A stretch of 25,409 nt of DNA from Acidimicrobiia bacterium (GTDB taxonomy: Bacteria > Actinomycetota > Acidimicrobiia > Spongiisociales > Spongiisociaceae): the NCBI GenBank assembly GCA_041576165.1, contig JBFGLM010000057.1, positions 1-25,409 of the forward strand, given 5' to 3'. Shown here piece by piece: positions 23,469 through 25,409 of the stretch (position 1 is its first letter; each line of letters opens with the position of its first letter). The notes below the pieces were generated by a model. It did not search any database. It had not been told where the DNA came from and saw only the letters and a program-made list of their open reading frames with translations. The translations under genes were made by a program, and so were the position numbers.

Positions 23469-24767
23469 GTGGGATCTAGTGTTCATCGTCTCGCCCGTCT
23501 TGGGCTGGTGCTCTTGCTGGTCGTGGGCATGTCCATCACCCGCCCACCGGCCGGATCAGCGGACGAGCTTCCGCCGGGAGGCACATTCACCGACGACAAC
23601 GGCAATACCCACGAGGGTTACATCGAGGCACTCGCTGCGGCCGGGATCACGACCGGATGCGGCGCTGCCGTCTACTGTCCGGCGGCCGCCGTCACCCGGG
23701 GACAGATGGCGTCATTCTTGGCGCGGGCACTCGGATTGCCGGACGCGAGCAGCGACTGGTTCTCCGATGACAACACCAGCACCCATCAGGCGAACATCAA
23801 CAAGATTGCCGATGCCGGCATAACCCTCGGGTTTCCCGACGGAACCTTCGCTCCTGAAGACCCGGTGTCCCGCGACCAAATGGCATCGTTCCTGGCGCGG
23901 GCGCTTCCTGCCCTCACCCCGGCCACGCAGGACTATTTCGTGGACGACGAGGGAAACACGCACCAGACAAACATCAATCTGATGGCGGAGAATGCCATCA
24001 CGGTCGGATGCGATCAGTCGGGCGTTCTCTACTGCCCCTCGGAGCCGGTGCGCCGTGATCAAATGGCGTCATTCCTGGGGCGAGCGCTCGGGTTGACCCA
24101 ACTCATTCCGCCGCCGACACAGCCCGAGCCGATCGCCATCATCCAGGCGGTTTATGCGGTTCCGGCCGATGTCACGCCCGTCACGGGGCGCGACGGCGCG
24201 ATTGCCCACGAGATCGAGGTGGTGCAGGACTGGTACGACAGCCAGACCGGCGGCCGCCATCCGGTCTTCACCCGCGACGGCTCATCGATCTCGGTCATCA
24301 CGGTCACCCTGCCCGATACCCTGGCCGAGCTGGCGGCATTTCCGACCCCCGAAACAGCGATCTCGTCGCATATTCGATCGGTCCTGCCTGCCACCGTCGA
24401 CCAGGACCTGGCGGTCGTAGTAGAGGCTGATCTCGGTTCCGCCTACTGCGGGCGGACCGGCAGCATCGTCTTCATCCCGATCGGTAACTGCGGCATCGGC
24501 ATCTCGGACACCTCAGTGTGGCCGTTCGGTGGCACCTATCTGATGGCCCACGAACTGGCCCACCTGCTGGGAGCCGTGCCGTCCTGCGCGCCCAACTCCG
24601 ACGGCACCGGTCATGTGAGCGACGACGACCGCGACATCCTCCACAACGGCATCGGGGGTCGGGACTGGGACAACCTGCTACTAGATCCGGGCAACGACGA
24701 CTACTACAACCACGGCCGGTCCGACTGTCCCGATTTGGCCGACGACCCCCTCCTCGGCAGCTACTGA
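23469..24767 (+). CDS. Secreted S-layer homology (SLH) repeat protein with a C-terminal HExxH putative zinc peptidase domain
   Basis: Signal-peptide-like N-terminus; three repeats FxDD..xH...I...GIT.G...P...V.R.QMASFL.RAL; Pro-rich linker; MAHELAHLLG. Confidence 0.85.
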   Translation: MGSSVHRLARLGLVLLLVVGMSITRPPAGSADELPPGGTFTDDNGNTHEGYIEALAAAGITTGCGAAVYCPAAAVTRGQMASFLARALGLPDASSDWFSDDNTSTHQANINKIADAGITLGFPDGTFAPEDPVSRDQMASFLARALPALTPATQDYFVDDEGNTHQTNINLMAENAITVGCDQSGVLYCPSEPVRRDQMASFLGRALGLTQLIPPPTQPEPIAIIQAVYAVPADVTPVTGRDGAIAHEIEVVQDWYDSQTGGRHPVFTRDGSSISVITVTLPDTLAELAAFPTPETAISSHIRSVLPATVDQDLAVVVEADLGSAYCGRTGSIVFIPIGNCGIGISDTSVWPFGGTYLMAHELAHLLGAVPSCAPNSDGTGHVSDDDRDILHNGIGGRDWDNLLLDPGNDDYYNHGRSDCPDLADDPLLGSY

Positions 24768-24870
24768 GGCTACCCGGGCGGGCACGAGCACCCGCCGCCA
24801 CCCGCCGTCGAGCCGGCCGCAAGGATCGGCCGGAACCTCGGGTATCACCCGGTGCATCCAAGGAACCGAG

Positions 24871-25230
24871 ATGTCGTACACCAATCGCAAGGCCGCCGTC
24901 CGCGGAGTCGTGCTGCTCATCCTGGCGGTCGCGTTGTTCGTCGCCGTGACCGGCGCCGGTGGCGGGGAGATCCACCGGCATGTGTCCAGCTGGGTACCCG
25001 ATCCGACGGCGTACGAACCCGTGCCGCCGGTGGCCTGCGGCGACGTTCTCGTGCTTCCAGGAGATGAAGACTGCCTGGACATCGACAGGCCGCGCGGTGA
25101 GCGTGGCCGGGAGTCAATCTCAGGCACTCGAGCGGCTGGCGACGGCCGACCACTGCCGATTCGCTTGATCGTCCAGGCGCCGGGCAGGCGCGGTCAATGC
25201 GTCCCGGGCGAAGGCATTGTTTTCAGTTGA
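24871..25230 (+). CDS. Possible small exported or membrane hypothetical protein
   Basis: N-terminal basic plus hydrophobic segment. The C-terminal half is low in information and may be degraded. Confidence 0.35.
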   Translation: MSYTNRKAAVRGVVLLILAVALFVAVTGAGGGEIHRHVSSWVPDPTAYEPVPPVACGDVLVLPGDEDCLDIDRPRGERGRESISGTRAAGDGRPLPIRLIVQAPGRRGQCVPGEGIVFS

Positions 25231-25246
25231 TGGGCCCAGTCCCCCC

Positions 25247-25272
25247 GGGTTTGCCAGTGGGGTTTGCCAGTG
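25247..25272 (+). repeat. 13-bp perfect tandem duplication
   Basis: GGGTTTGCCAGTG x2. Confidence 0.85.
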
Positions 25273-25409
25273 GGCAATGATTTGGCGGAATGACTCGATC
25301 GATGTGGCAGGATCGCCGGTGGCGGGCCGCGGCGAGCAGGGCTTCGAATCGATCCTCCGTCGCGACCAATCGCAACTCGTCGAGGCGCCGGCCGTGGGGG
25401 GCGGCGCCG

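Noticed and set aside
11185-25272. CRISPR array or IS ends from the short repeats
   Set aside because: The repeats are two-copy tandem units without spacers; no cas or transposase gene is present.

Overview
High-GC bacterial chromosomal window. The gene content (SLH-repeat protein, F420-type nitroreductase, Prim-PolC-type polymerase, several apparently leaderless genes) suggests an actinobacterium, probably Acidimicrobiia; this is inference. No rRNA, tRNA, CRISPR array or intact mobile element was seen. There are about 27 CDS. Main modules: (1) a translationally coupled MFS + EamA pair whose Shine-Dalgarno (SD) sequence sits in a 10-bp hairpin; (2) a glucosylglycerate/glycoside-type utilisation locus (YcjNOP-like ABC importer divergent from a GH63 hydrolase and a GH13_18 phosphorylase), probably controlled by a GntR-HTH/solute-binding-protein fusion, since the same TTGTYRT-N6-AYRACAA palindrome precedes both the regulator and the divergent operons; (3) an ArsR cassette with two SRPBCC genes and paired operator sites; (4) a MalK-like ATPase with degenerate Q-loop, signature and H-loop; (5) the most novel-looking element, a four-gene overlapping operon (20507->17962) encoding a LuxI/FeeM-fold N-acyltransferase, a ThiF adenylyltransferase, an ABM-fold DUF4188/DUF3291-like protein with a C-terminal CPxH motif, and a CPBP intramembrane protease, which looks like an undescribed variant of N-acyl-amino-acid/oxazolone pathways. 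All family assignments come from motif recognition by eye, not database searches.
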